Source: an archaeon
GTDB taxonomy: Archaea; Iainarchaeota; Iainarchaeia; Iainarchaeales; 0-14-0-20-34-12
Assembly: GCA_038046645.1 (NCBI GenBank)
Contig: JBBSVU010000002.1
Coordinates: 34,995-79,474, forward strand
DNA length: 44,480 bases
Reading direction: 5' to 3'
Position 1 is the first letter of the stretch. Every line of letters begins with the position of its first letter. The notes under the pieces were generated by a model that was not told where the DNA came from, did no database searches, and was given only the letters and a program-made list of their open reading frames with translations. A program made the position numbers and the translations under genes. Positions 1 to 8,767 of the stretch are shown here, one piece after another.

Positions 1-758
1 GCTTTTTTTCCGCTGAATATTTCAAATGCCTCTGCTCCCTGAAACAACAACCATTCCCTGCCATCAATTACCTTGCATCCTTTCTGCTTTGCGTCCTTTT
101 GCAATGCAGTTATGGTTGAATAATTTGCATCAAGAATAACCATTTTTTTGCTGAGCAATTCGCTTGGAATTATTCTTTCGGCTGTGCTGACGCACGAAAC
201 AATAATGTCAGTTTCCTGCAGTATTTTAGGCAGCATTTTTTTATCTTCCAAAGAATATGCTTTGCAATCAAATTTTTCAGCAAGCCTTTCTGCTTTTTCA
301 AAATCCAATCTTCTATTAAGTATTGTTACATCAGCTTTATCCGCAAGGGCACAAACAGTGGCTTTTGCCGCCCCACCAGCCCCTAATATCACAATATCTT
401 TCCCATCGGGATTAACCCTATTCGATTTCAATGCACGGGAGATGCCATCAATGTCAGTATTAAATCCAATTGCTTTGCTATTTTTGAATATCACAGTATT
501 TACAGCACCAATCTTCTTTGCTTTTGGATCAATTTTGCCGGCCAATTTTACAAAATCCTCTTTAAATGGGGCTGTAATGTTCAATCCTTTAATGCCTATT
601 TCTTTTGCTGTATTAAGGGCCTCATCCGCATTTTGCGCCAAAAGCCTTGTGTAAACAGCATTCATCCTTAATTTTCTGAATGCCGCATTATGCATTGCCG
701 GGCTTTTGCTGTGCAGAATTGGGTTGCCTGTGACCGCAAATATTTTTATTTCAGGCAT
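1..758 (-). CDS. aroE: Shikimate dehydrogenase, 3' end cut by the window edge (not in ORF track)
   Basis: Manual translation from ATG at 758: [24 protein letters not shown]...GLNITAPFK...IGAVNT...GFNTDIDG...ILGAGGAAKA...DGREWLLFQG. All are AroE motifs. Start overlaps the aroB end. Confidence 0.95.
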   Translation of the reverse strand, partial: MPEIKIFAVTGNPILHSKSPAMHNAAFRKLRMNAVYTRLLAQNADEALNTAKEIGIKGLNITAPFKEDFVKLAGKIDPKAKKIGAVNTVIFKNSKAIGFNTDIDGISRALKSNRVNPDGKDIVILGAGGAAKATVCALADKADVTILNRRLDFEKAERLAEKFDCKAYSLEDKKMLPKILQETDIIVSCVSTAERIIPSELLSKKMVILDANYSTITALQKDAKQKGCKVIDGREWLLFQGAEAFEIFSGKK

Positions 759-1774
759 TTTTCCAGTTCCCCCAAATTTATCCCTGAAATGCTTGTTTTT
801 CCTATTGCCTCGATCAGCACAAAGTTTATGATATCAGAATCCCTTTTTTTGTCCTTCCTGATTGCATCCATTAATGTTTCTTTTTTCAATTTTGTTTCAG
901 AAAGGCTTGTCGGCAAGCCAATTCTTTTGAATAAGGATTCAATTCTTTGAGAATCCTTTTCTGAAAGCAACCCTCTTTCCTGTGAAATCCTTGATGCAAG
1001 AATTATTCCGATGCTTACGGCTTCTCCGTGTGAAATATCTGAATTCTTCTCAATTGCATGCCCAATAGTATGCCCCAAATTCAGTTTTCTTCTCTCATTT
1101 CTTTCCTTTTCATCAGCCGCAACAATTCTTGATTTCACCAAAAGTGAATCATAGACCGCTTTTTCCAATGCAGTGCGGTGCAATGAAAGTATTCTTTCAA
1201 TATTTTCTTCAATGTATGAAAAAAGAGCCGCATCGCCTATTATGGCGGCCTTTACTATCTCGGCAAGGCCGCACTTTAATTCATTTTTCGGCAATGTTCT
1301 TAATAATTCAAAATCACAGAGAACAAATACTGGTTGATTTATTGTGCCAATAATATTTTTGTAACCTTTGAAATTTACCCCATTCTTGCCGCCAATGCTT
1401 GCGTCTGCCTGTGCAAGTAATGTGCTTGGGACAAACCCAAAATTAATTCCGCGCAAGTATGTTGATGCAGCAAATCCTGTAACATCAAGGACTATGCCTC
1501 CGCCAATCCCGACAACAAATGAATTCCTGTCCAATTCAAGCTCGAGGAATTTATTGTAAAGCATTTCTACAGTCTCAAGCGTTTTGTTTTTCTCATCCGC
1601 ATCAATCTGAATAAATTCTGCCTTTGGCAATAGCCCTTTAATAACCGGAAAAATATTTTTATCAATCACGATTACTGATTTTTTAGTATTAACATATTTT
1701 TCGAGTTGGGTTACTGATTCACCAACAATTACTTCGCTATTGCCGCTTTTTGTATTTATTTCAAGAAGCCTCAT
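746..1774 (-). CDS. aroB: 3-dehydroquinate synthase (canonical AroB)
   Basis: [33 protein letters not shown] and [12 protein letters not shown] motifs. ATGA overlap with the upstream DAHP synthase. Confidence 0.97.
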   Translation of the reverse strand: MRLLEINTKSGNSEVIVGESVTQLEKYVNTKKSVIVIDKNIFPVIKGLLPKAEFIQIDADEKNKTLETVEMLYNKFLELELDRNSFVVGIGGGIVLDVTGFAASTYLRGINFGFVPSTLLAQADASIGGKNGVNFKGYKNIIGTINQPVFVLCDFELLRTLPKNELKCGLAEIVKAAIIGDAALFSYIEENIERILSLHRTALEKAVYDSLLVKSRIVAADEKERNERRKLNLGHTIGHAIEKNSDISHGEAVSIGIILASRISQERGLLSEKDSQRIESLFKRIGLPTSLSETKLKKETLMDAIRKDKKRDSDIINFVLIEAIGKTSISGINLGELEKCLK

Positions 1775-2583
1775 TTTAACTCACCCATAAATGCGCTTAA
1801 TGGCCTAACCTTTTTCATTATTGCAGAAAACTGTTCTGGTGTTAATGTTTGGTCTTTGTCACTTACAGATTCTTCCGGTTTTACGTGTACCTCGAGTATT
1901 AAGCCGTCAGAACCTGAGGCAACTGCTGCTAAACTCATTGATTCTATTAAGCTTAGCTTGCCAGTGCCATGGGAAGGATCCACAATTATTGGCAAATGTG
2001 TCAATTCCTTTATTGCAGGCACAGCACTCAAATCAAGCGTATTCCTTGTGTATGTTTCAAATGACCTTATTCCCCTTTCGCAAAGTATTACATCAGGGTT
2101 GCCTTCATTAAGTATGTACTCTGCGCAGTTCAACCATTCCTCAATTGTTGAATACATGCCTCTTTTCAACAAAATAGGCTTGTTGGATTTCCCTGCCTCT
2201 TTTAACAATGAAAAATTCTGCATATTCCTTGCACCAATCTGCAATACATCCGCATATTCTGAAACCCATGAAACATCCCTTGTGTCTAAAACCTCGGTAA
2301 CAATAGGCAAGCCGGTTTCATCCCTTGCTTTTTCAAGTATCTTTAATCCTTTTAATCCTAACCCTTGGAATGCGTATGGTGATGTCCTTGGTTTAAAGGC
2401 CCCTCCTCGCAACATATCTGCCCCAGCCTCTTTTACTGCATGCGCTGTCTTCAATAATTGCTCTTCACTTTCCACACTGCAAGGCCCAGCTATGACTATA
2501 AAACCCGCTCCAATCTTTACGTCCCTTACCTTTACAATGGTCCTTCCATTCCCATTCAAACCTGCTAATTTAATGTTTTTCAT
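1771..2583 (-). CDS. aroF: DAHP synthase, type I-beta, catalytic barrel only
   Basis: [48 protein letters not shown] and DPSHGTG motifs. 270 aa with no ACT or chorismate mutase appendage. Confidence 0.96.
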   Translation of the reverse strand: MKNIKLAGLNGNGRTIVKVRDVKIGAGFIVIAGPCSVESEEQLLKTAHAVKEAGADMLRGGAFKPRTSPYAFQGLGLKGLKILEKARDETGLPIVTEVLDTRDVSWVSEYADVLQIGARNMQNFSLLKEAGKSNKPILLKRGMYSTIEEWLNCAEYILNEGNPDVILCERGIRSFETYTRNTLDLSAVPAIKELTHLPIIVDPSHGTGKLSLIESMSLAAVASGSDGLILEVHVKPEESVSDKDQTLTPEQFSAIMKKVRPLSAFMGELK

Positions 2584-2670
2584 AATCTCAGCCTTCTTTT
2601 ACATTCCTCCATTTTCATACTCCTTTTTTTACATTACCCTACTTTTATGTTTAAAGTTAAATATCACAAG

Positions 2671-2716
2671 CATCAGAAAAAACACCTTAGAAAAAGATAT
2701 TAGGGTTATTCTGATG
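2671..2716 (-). promoter_or_regulatory. Hairpin directly after the leader stop codon (putative attenuator helix containing oligo-U tracts)
   Basis: mRNA CAUCAGAA (2716-2709) is complementary to UUCUGAUG (2678-2671). U5 (2695-2691) and U6 (2682-2677) tracts lie within the structure. Confidence 0.55.
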
Positions 2717-2718
2717 GC

Positions 2719-2796
2719 TTACCAAAACCCATAGCTAAAGAAATATCCAAAAAAGAAGCCTTTGTCTTTAGCGTTTTTGTTTTGCAATGCCATCAT
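2719..2796 (-). CDS. Putative aromatic amino acid leader peptide, 25 aa, MMALQNKNAKDKGFFFGYFFSYGFW
   Basis: Read directly: ATG ATG GCA TTG CAA AAC AAA AAC GCT AAA GAC AAA GGC TTC TTT TTT GGA TAT TTC TTT AGC TAT GGG TTT TGG TAA. 6 Phe, 2 Tyr and 1 Trp in the last 12 codons. Ends 135 nt upstream of aroF. Confidence 0.8.
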   Translation of the reverse strand: MMALQNKNAKDKGFFFGYFFSYGFW

Positions 2797-2810
2797 AAAA
2801 ATCTTCTTAC

Positions 2811-2841
2811 TATACAAATATGCACATAATATCTTAATAAA
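2811..2841 (-). promoter_or_regulatory. aro operon promoter: TATA-like element (TTTATTAA, ~2841-2834) plus paired TRP-box-like operator TATACA-N4-TGCACA (2811-2826)
   Basis: Two hexamers, each one mismatch from the TrpY consensus TGTACA, 4 bp apart, lying between the TATA element and the leader ATG. The same hexamers occur at the trpE/trpY promoter. Confidence 0.65.
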
Positions 2842-2918
2842 TGCTGCGGTTTATCCTGTTTTTGTGCTGTCCTGTTTTTTATTCTTAGTATTGCTTTGGA
2901 AAAATGGAGTTAATCTTC

Positions 2919-3683
2919 CTATTTGCCCTCGGCCAATTTTTTAATAAATCTTTCCACATTATTTAATGCTTTTTTCTTATCTATTTTTCTTCCTTTAATG
3001 CATTTACCATAAATATCAATAATTTTGCTGCCGACAATAATGCCATCAGCCCCTGTTTTTTCAAATGCTTTTGCTTGATTAGAATTGGAAATGCCAAATC
3101 CCACAAATAATTTTTTATTCCCGGAAATTTTCCTGATTTTTTTCATTAAAGTTAATCCTTCAATGCCTGCCTTCTTCCTTGCGCCAGTTGTTCCTGACAG
3201 CGAAACAACATACGTAAAGAGCCCTGCATTTTTTAATATTTCAAGGCATCTTTCCTTGCTTGTGTTTGGTGCAATAAGGTGAATCAGGCTTATCTGGTGT
3301 TTTTTTGCCAAACTTTCAAATCTTTTATCCTCCCCTAAAGGCAAATCAGCAATTATTAATCCCTTAACTCCAGCATGCTTCATTTTTATGAGAAATTTCC
3401 CGACCCCATAGCAGTAAATAATATTGTAATAAGTCATGAAAACAAGAGGCACACCTAAATTTTCCTCTTTTAACCTTGAACACATTTTAAATATCTTCCC
3501 AATTGTTGTGCCATTTTTCAAAGATCTTGCGGCTGCTTTCTGTATTGTTTTCCCATCAGCAATAGGGTCTGAAAAAGGGATTCCTAATTCTATAATCTCA
3601 GAATAGGGCACTAATGTTTTAACTAAATCAAAAGTGAAATTGAGGTTTGGGTCTCCACAGCAAACATAGGGTATAATTTTCAT
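2919..3683 (-). CDS. trpA: Tryptophan synthase alpha chain
   Basis: [32 protein letters not shown] and ADGIIVGS motifs. Start moved to ATG 3683 (GGAGG RBS, ATGA overlap with trpB). Confidence 0.97.
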   Translation of the reverse strand: MKIIPYVCCGDPNLNFTFDLVKTLVPYSEIIELGIPFSDPIADGKTIQKAAARSLKNGTTIGKIFKMCSRLKEENLGVPLVFMTYYNIIYCYGVGKFLIKMKHAGVKGLIIADLPLGEDKRFESLAKKHQISLIHLIAPNTSKERCLEILKNAGLFTYVVSLSGTTGARKKAGIEGLTLMKKIRKISGNKKLFVGFGISNSNQAKAFEKTGADGIIVGSKIIDIYGKCIKGRKIDKKKALNNVERFIKKLAEGK

Positions 3684-4864
3684 GTTGTACAACCTCCTGT
3701 TTTTGCAATATTTGAGATATATTCAACATCTTTATCGCCGCGGCCTGAAAGATTTATTAGAATTATATCATCTTTTTTGCAGTTCCTTGAAATTTTTTTA
3801 GCATAAGCAATTGCGTGTGCAGATTCTAGTGCAGGGATTATGCCTTCGGTTTTGGCCATCAAATTGAATGCTTCCAAGGCTTCTCCATCAGTTATAGAAA
3901 CATATTTAGCTCTGCCCATCTTGTGCATAAATGCATGTTCAGGCCCAATAGCTGCATAATCCAAGCCTGCTGATATTGAATGAGTTTCCTTTATTTGGCC
4001 TTCTTTATCCTGAAGAACATAGGTTAAGGAACCATGCAAAATTCCTTTTTTTCCATTGCTTATCCTTGCAGCATGTTTTCCACTCTTTAATCCATAACCC
4101 CCAGCTTCAACACCTATCAATTTTACTTTTTTGTCATTTTTAAACCCTGAAAATATCCCGATAGAATTACTGCCTCCGCCAACACAGGCTATAACATAAT
4201 CAGGCAATTTCCCTTCTTTTTTAAATATTTGTTTCCTTGCCTCTTTTCCGATAACTGATTGGAAAAAGCTCACTATGTTTGGATAGGGATGCGGGCCAAC
4301 AACCGAGCCTATTACATAATGAGTATCTTTATATGTTGCAGCATAATCTCTTAATGCCTCATTTATTGCATCCTTTAAAGTCCCTGAACCAGAATCAACC
4401 TTGATTACATTTGCGCCCATTAACTGCATCCGGTACACATTCATCCTTTGCCTTTCCATATCCTTTGCACCCATAAATACATCGCATTTTAGGCCAAATA
4501 ATGCTGCAGCACACGCAGTAGCAACCCCATGCTGCCCGGCGCCGGTTTCAGCAATAACCCTTTTCTTTCCCATGTGCTTCGCGAGCATAATTTGCCCTAA
4601 GGTATTGTTTATTTTGTGGGCGCCAGTATGCAATAAATCCTCTCTTTTGAAATAAATTTTTGCCTTGCCAAATCTTTTGCTGAGATTTTTTGCATAATAC
4701 AAAGGAGTAGGCCTTCCGGCATAATTGGAAAGGCATTCTCCAAGCTGTGTTTTGAATGCGCCATTTCTTTTTAATTTATTGAAATTTTTTTCCAAATCTT
4801 GCAATATCGGCATTAATAATTCTGGCACATATTGCCCCCCAAATTCACCAAATCTAGCATTCAT
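3680..4864 (-). CDS. trpB: Tryptophan synthase beta chain (TrpB1)
   Basis: [26 protein letters not shown] (PLP lysine), [16 protein letters not shown] and NLSGRGDKD motifs. ATG at 4864. Confidence 0.98.
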   Translation of the reverse strand: MNARFGEFGGQYVPELLMPILQDLEKNFNKLKRNGAFKTQLGECLSNYAGRPTPLYYAKNLSKRFGKAKIYFKREDLLHTGAHKINNTLGQIMLAKHMGKKRVIAETGAGQHGVATACAAALFGLKCDVFMGAKDMERQRMNVYRMQLMGANVIKVDSGSGTLKDAINEALRDYAATYKDTHYVIGSVVGPHPYPNIVSFFQSVIGKEARKQIFKKEGKLPDYVIACVGGGSNSIGIFSGFKNDKKVKLIGVEAGGYGLKSGKHAARISNGKKGILHGSLTYVLQDKEGQIKETHSISAGLDYAAIGPEHAFMHKMGRAKYVSITDGEALEAFNLMAKTEGIIPALESAHAIAYAKKISRNCKKDDIILINLSGRGDKDVEYISNIAKTGGCTT

Positions 4865-4910
4865 TTTTTTACCTTCCAAAATTTCAAAAATTTAACATAA
4901 TTGCTTCTTC

Positions 4911-5690
4911 TCAATATTTTCCCTTCAATTCCCTTATTTTTTCTGCTTGATTCATGCTCTTCCAAATAGCAGTCCCCACTAATGCGGCATTTATCCCGGC
5001 TTTTGATATAAGTTCAATATCCTGCCTTTTTTGTATCCCGCTTTCACTTATTATTTTCCTGCCCTTCAATCTTCCCCTGCCAATATTTTCCATTATTTTT
5101 ATGCTCCTGTTTAGATTGACATCTAATGTTCTTAGGTCCCTATTATTTATCCCTAAAATATCTGCTTTGGTATCCAAGGCCCTTTCCATCTCTTCCCTAG
5201 TGTAGCATTCAAGCAAAACTTCCAGGCCAAAGGAATGTGCGCTTTCAATCATCTTGTTTATGTCCAAATGTAGCCTGTCAGCAAGTGTCATTATTAAAAG
5301 TACACAATCCGCACCAAGGGAAGCTGCAGCTTTAATCTGGGTTTCATGCATTATAAAATCCTTGAATAAAATAGGAAGCCCGGTTTTCTTTGCCTTGCAT
5401 ATATTTTTCAGATTGCCTTTGAATATGGCTGGCTCAACCACAACAGATATTGCATCCGCCCCGGCATTTTTGAAAAGAAAAGCGGTTTTTTCAGCATCAA
5501 TATCTTCAAAACAATATTCTCCAGCAGGTGAAGCATGCTTTATCTCAGCAATCAAGCAAAAATTATTTTTCCCTATTTTCTCTTTAAGTGAAACCTTTTT
5601 TGCCTTGTATTTCTTAGGAATTTCAAGATTATAATAGCCTGCAGCAATATTCCTTTCCGCTTGCTCAATGAATTTATCCAAGATATCCAT
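4911..5690 (-). CDS. trpC: Indole-3-glycerol phosphate synthase
   Basis: IAEIKHASP, PILFKDFI, GINNRDL and ISESGI motifs. Start at ATG 5690 with GGTGAG RBS. Confidence 0.95.
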   Translation of the reverse strand: MDILDKFIEQAERNIAAGYYNLEIPKKYKAKKVSLKEKIGKNNFCLIAEIKHASPAGEYCFEDIDAEKTAFLFKNAGADAISVVVEPAIFKGNLKNICKAKKTGLPILFKDFIMHETQIKAAASLGADCVLLIMTLADRLHLDINKMIESAHSFGLEVLLECYTREEMERALDTKADILGINNRDLRTLDVNLNRSIKIMENIGRGRLKGRKIISESGIQKRQDIELISKAGINAALVGTAIWKSMNQAEKIRELKGKY

Positions 5691-5694
5691 TATC

Positions 5695-6717
5695 TCACCC
5701 AGTATGCACAATTTGTTTATTAAAATTCCTGAGCATTTCAAGCTTTTCAAATGCTTTGCCTGAATCAATCGCCTTTTCTGCAAGGGAAATTCCTTTCCCT
5801 ATTGAATTTACAAAACTGCTAGCATAAATTGCTGCCCCGGCATTTAACACTGTGATATCCCTTGCAGCTCCTTCCCTGCCATTAAGCACTTCAAGAATCA
5901 TGCGAGCACTTCCTGTTTTATTCTCCACAAGAATTTTTCCTAAATTCTGCTTTTTGAATCCAAAATCCTCAGGTTCAATAAAATATTCTTCAATTTTATT
6001 GCCAGAGATTTCAAGAATCCTTGTTTTTTCGCTTATGCTTATTTCATCAATATTGCTGTTAGCCACAATGCTCTTTTCAGTTCCTAAAATCTGCAAAGCT
6101 TCAGCTATTTTATCCTGCACTTCTTTATCATAAACGCCAATAATCTGCTTTTTTGCATTTGCCGGGTTTGTCAACGGCCCTGCAAGGTTGAATATGCTCT
6201 TGAAACCAAGTTCTTTGCGGACAGCTGCAACTTTTTTCATGGTCGGATGAAATGCAGGAGCGAATAAAAAAGCAATATTTATTTCGTTAAGTTGCATTTC
6301 TGCAGTTTTTGCATCTGTGCATATTCCAACCCCCAATTCTTCAAGGGCATCTGCACTGCCACAATTGCTTGATATTGCACGGTTGCCGTGCTTGGCAACA
6401 GTTATCCCAGAAGCAGCTGCAACAAGTGCTGCACATGTTGATACGTTAAATGTTTTTGAATTATCCCCGCCAGTTCCTGCTGTATCTACCAAATATTTTG
6501 CATTTGTTTTTACTTTTGTTGAATGCTTTCGCATAAATTCCGCAATTGCAGCAATTTCGCTTGCTTTTTCACCCTTTGTCTTTAAGGCAGTGATAAATGC
6601 AGCTATCTTTATGTCAGAGATTCTGCCATTTACAATTTCCTGCATTGCAAATTCTAATTCTTCTGCCTGTAAATCCCTAATTCCAACCGTTTTTTCCAAT
6701 ATAAAATTAAAGTCCAT
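5695..6717 (-). CDS. trpD: Anthranilate phosphoribosyltransferase
   Basis: DTAGTGGD, TFNVST, KHGNRAISSNCGSAD, FLFAPAFHP and FNLAGPLTNP motifs. ATG at 6717. Confidence 0.97.
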   Translation of the reverse strand: MDFNFILEKTVGIRDLQAEELEFAMQEIVNGRISDIKIAAFITALKTKGEKASEIAAIAEFMRKHSTKVKTNAKYLVDTAGTGGDNSKTFNVSTCAALVAAASGITVAKHGNRAISSNCGSADALEELGVGICTDAKTAEMQLNEINIAFLFAPAFHPTMKKVAAVRKELGFKSIFNLAGPLTNPANAKKQIIGVYDKEVQDKIAEALQILGTEKSIVANSNIDEISISEKTRILEISGNKIEEYFIEPEDFGFKKQNLGKILVENKTGSARMILEVLNGREGAARDITVLNAGAAIYASSFVNSIGKGISLAEKAIDSGKAFEKLEMLRNFNKQIVHTG

Positions 6718-6721
6718 AATC

Positions 6722-7315
6722 TCAACTCTTTTGGCTAGCATATTTGCAAAAATTTTCAAGTATTTTTATTCCTGACACAGTCATTATGGATTCAGGATGA
6801 AATTGTATTCCAAACAAAGGGCATTTTTTGTGCTGTATTGCCATAATTGAATTGTCATCGATGGCTTTTGCGCTTACTTCAAAACATTCTGGCAGCGTTG
6901 ATTCCTCTACAATCAATGAATGATACCTCATCACAACCAAAGGATTTTCAATGCCGGTAAATAAGCCTTTTCCATTGTGCTGTATTGTGCTTGTTTTGCC
7001 ATGCATTGGTTTTTCCGCATGAATTATGTTAGCACCATATGCTGAAGCAATGCCTTGGTGCCCCAAACAGATGCCTAATGTCGGTATTTTTTCAGCATAT
7101 TTTGTAATTATATTTTTGCATTTTCCAAAATCCTTTTCATTGCATGGATTTCCAGGGCCAGGGGAGATTATAATGGTATCAAAAAAACCTGCTTCAATCT
7201 GCCCTAAATTAATGCGGTCATTCCTTTGCACATCCACACTATGGCCTAAAGAAACTAAAGCCTGGTAAACATTATAGACAAATGAATCAAAATTATCTAT
7301 TAATAGCAAGTTCAT
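6722..7315 (-). CDS. trpG: Anthranilate synthase component II (glutamine amidotransferase)
   Basis: [29 protein letters not shown] and QFHPES motifs. ATG 7315 follows a GGTGA RBS. Confidence 0.97.
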   Translation of the reverse strand: MNLLLIDNFDSFVYNVYQALVSLGHSVDVQRNDRINLGQIEAGFFDTIIISPGPGNPCNEKDFGKCKNIITKYAEKIPTLGICLGHQGIASAYGANIIHAEKPMHGKTSTIQHNGKGLFTGIENPLVVMRYHSLIVEESTLPECFEVSAKAIDDNSIMAIQHKKCPLFGIQFHPESIMTVSGIKILENFCKYASQKS

Positions 7316-8645
7316 ATTTTTCATCACCTATTGCATCCAATAATGCCTTTGCCTTTTTCTCTGTTTCATAGAATTCTGTTTCAGGAACGCTGTCATAAAC
7401 AATGCCTGCGCCTGTCTGTATGTATGCCTTGCGCTTCTCGGCAAATAAAGTCCTGATGCCTATCGCAAAATCAGCATTCCCATTTGAGGAAAAATATCCT
7501 ATTGCCCCACCATATGGCCCTCTTGCAACCTTCTCAAGTTCATCTATTATTTCAATTGCCCTTATTTTCGGGGCTCCGGAAACAGTGCCTGCAGGGAATA
7601 TGGCCTTGAATGCATCAAAAGCATCCTTGTTTTCAGCAAGTTTTGCATTGATTGCTGAAGAAATATGCTGCACATCAGAATACTTATGAACCTCCATTAA
7701 TTTTGATACTTTTACAGTTCCAGCCTTTGCAACCTTTCCAATATCGTTCCTTGTAAGGTCTACAAGCATTAAATGTTCGGCCCTTTCTTTTTCATCATTC
7801 AACAATTCTTTTTCAAGCAACACATCTTCTTCAATAGTTCTGCCTCTGCTTCTTGTGCCAGCCAGGGTAGCATAGCTTGTTATGTCATTATTTTCAATTC
7901 TCACCAGATTTTCTGGGCTAGAGCCAATTATTTCGCGTTCATCAAATTTCAAATAATACATATATGGCGAGGGGTTCAATGCTTTTAATTTTTTGTAAAA
8001 AGGGATAAGGCTTCCGTCAAATTTAAGCTCATACCTCTTAGATATCACAGCCTGAAAAATATCACCGTTCTTTATGTGCTCTTTTGCAATATCCACATTT
8101 TCACAAAATTTTTCCTTTGTGAAATTGCATTTTTTATTGTATATCTGGAAATTCTTTGCATCAAAGCTTGCATCCTTTACAAAGTTTTTTATTTCCGCAA
8201 TCCGATTTTCTTTGCCGTAAATGTAACTAATTGAATTCTGCTTATGGTCATAGACAATAGCATCATTGAATATGCCGAATTCAAAATCAGGGAAATTTAA
8301 AGTATCCTTGCTTTCCAGCGGGATGTTTTCGATATATTTGAAGAACTCAAATGAGAAATAGCCTACAGCACCGCCAATAAAGCCTGCCTGTTTTTGTTTT
8401 GTATTTAACACTTCTTTCTTCAATTGCTGCAAGGGTTCTGCTGTGTCATATTCCTGTTCCCCTATCTTCAGCAGATTATTCTTGAGGGCAATGCGCCTGT
8501 CCGGGGAGAATCCAATAAATGAGAATCTTGCAAGTTTTTCATTTCCTTCAGCGCTTTCAAGCAGAAAAACTGTGTTGTTGTGCTCAGCAATCGCGCTGTA
8601 TAGGTCTATGGGGGAGATTTGCAATTCTAAATCTGCACAATGCAA
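7293..8645 (-). CDS. trpE: Anthranilate synthase component I
   Basis: LLES and NPSPYM (Trp feedback sites), [24 protein letters not shown] and GAGIVYDS motifs. TTG start is uncertain. Confidence 0.96.
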   Translation of the reverse strand: MHCADLELQISPIDLYSAIAEHNNTVFLLESAEGNEKLARFSFIGFSPDRRIALKNNLLKIGEQEYDTAEPLQQLKKEVLNTKQKQAGFIGGAVGYFSFEFFKYIENIPLESKDTLNFPDFEFGIFNDAIVYDHKQNSISYIYGKENRIAEIKNFVKDASFDAKNFQIYNKKCNFTKEKFCENVDIAKEHIKNGDIFQAVISKRYELKFDGSLIPFYKKLKALNPSPYMYYLKFDEREIIGSSPENLVRIENNDITSYATLAGTRSRGRTIEEDVLLEKELLNDEKERAEHLMLVDLTRNDIGKVAKAGTVKVSKLMEVHKYSDVQHISSAINAKLAENKDAFDAFKAIFPAGTVSGAPKIRAIEIIDELEKVARGPYGGAIGYFSSNGNADFAIGIRTLFAEKRKAYIQTGAGIVYDSVPETEFYETEKKAKALLDAIGDEKYELAINR

Positions 8646-8730
8646 GCCAAAGTAAATCCCTTCCTTTTTCTTCCATAATTTTCACATTCAATTTCTCAAA
8701 TTCAATTTTTGATAAAATATACTATGCGCC

Positions 8731-8766
8731 TGCACATATTTAAACCTTTATGCACAAAAGTATACA
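8731..8766. promoter_or_regulatory. Divergent trpE/trpY promoter with TRP-box-like sites
   Basis: TGCACA at 8731-8736 and 8751-8756 and TATACA at 8761-8766 (10-bp phasing, last pair N4-spaced) flank a TTTAAA element at 8739-8744. Confidence 0.7.
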
Positions 8767-8767
8767 T

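Noticed and set aside
1856..2734. 292-aa plus-strand ORF, and similar long antisense ORFs (148-654, 6317-6775, 26131-26715, 27742-28233, 29100-30221, 30354-30956)
   Set aside because: Antisense shadows of well-supported genes, with Ser/Ile/Phe-rich composition and no motifs.
2762..2944. 60-aa plus-strand hydrophobic ORF across the trpA-aroF spacer
   Set aside because: TTG start without an RBS, antisense to the leader and its promoter. The hydrophobicity reflects T-rich sequence.
3684..3693. Perfect palindrome GTTGTACAAC containing the consensus TRP box TGTACA at the trpB/trpA junction
   Set aside because: A single box inside coding sequence with no partner at 4-bp spacing and no nearby TATA element. 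Probably chance.
5691..5783. ORF-track N-terminal extensions of trpC (likewise trpD, trpY, rpl1, the SDR and the last radical SAM gene)
   Set aside because: Downstream starts have better RBS/TATA spacing and match family N-termini. The extensions overlap neighbouring genes or regulatory DNA.
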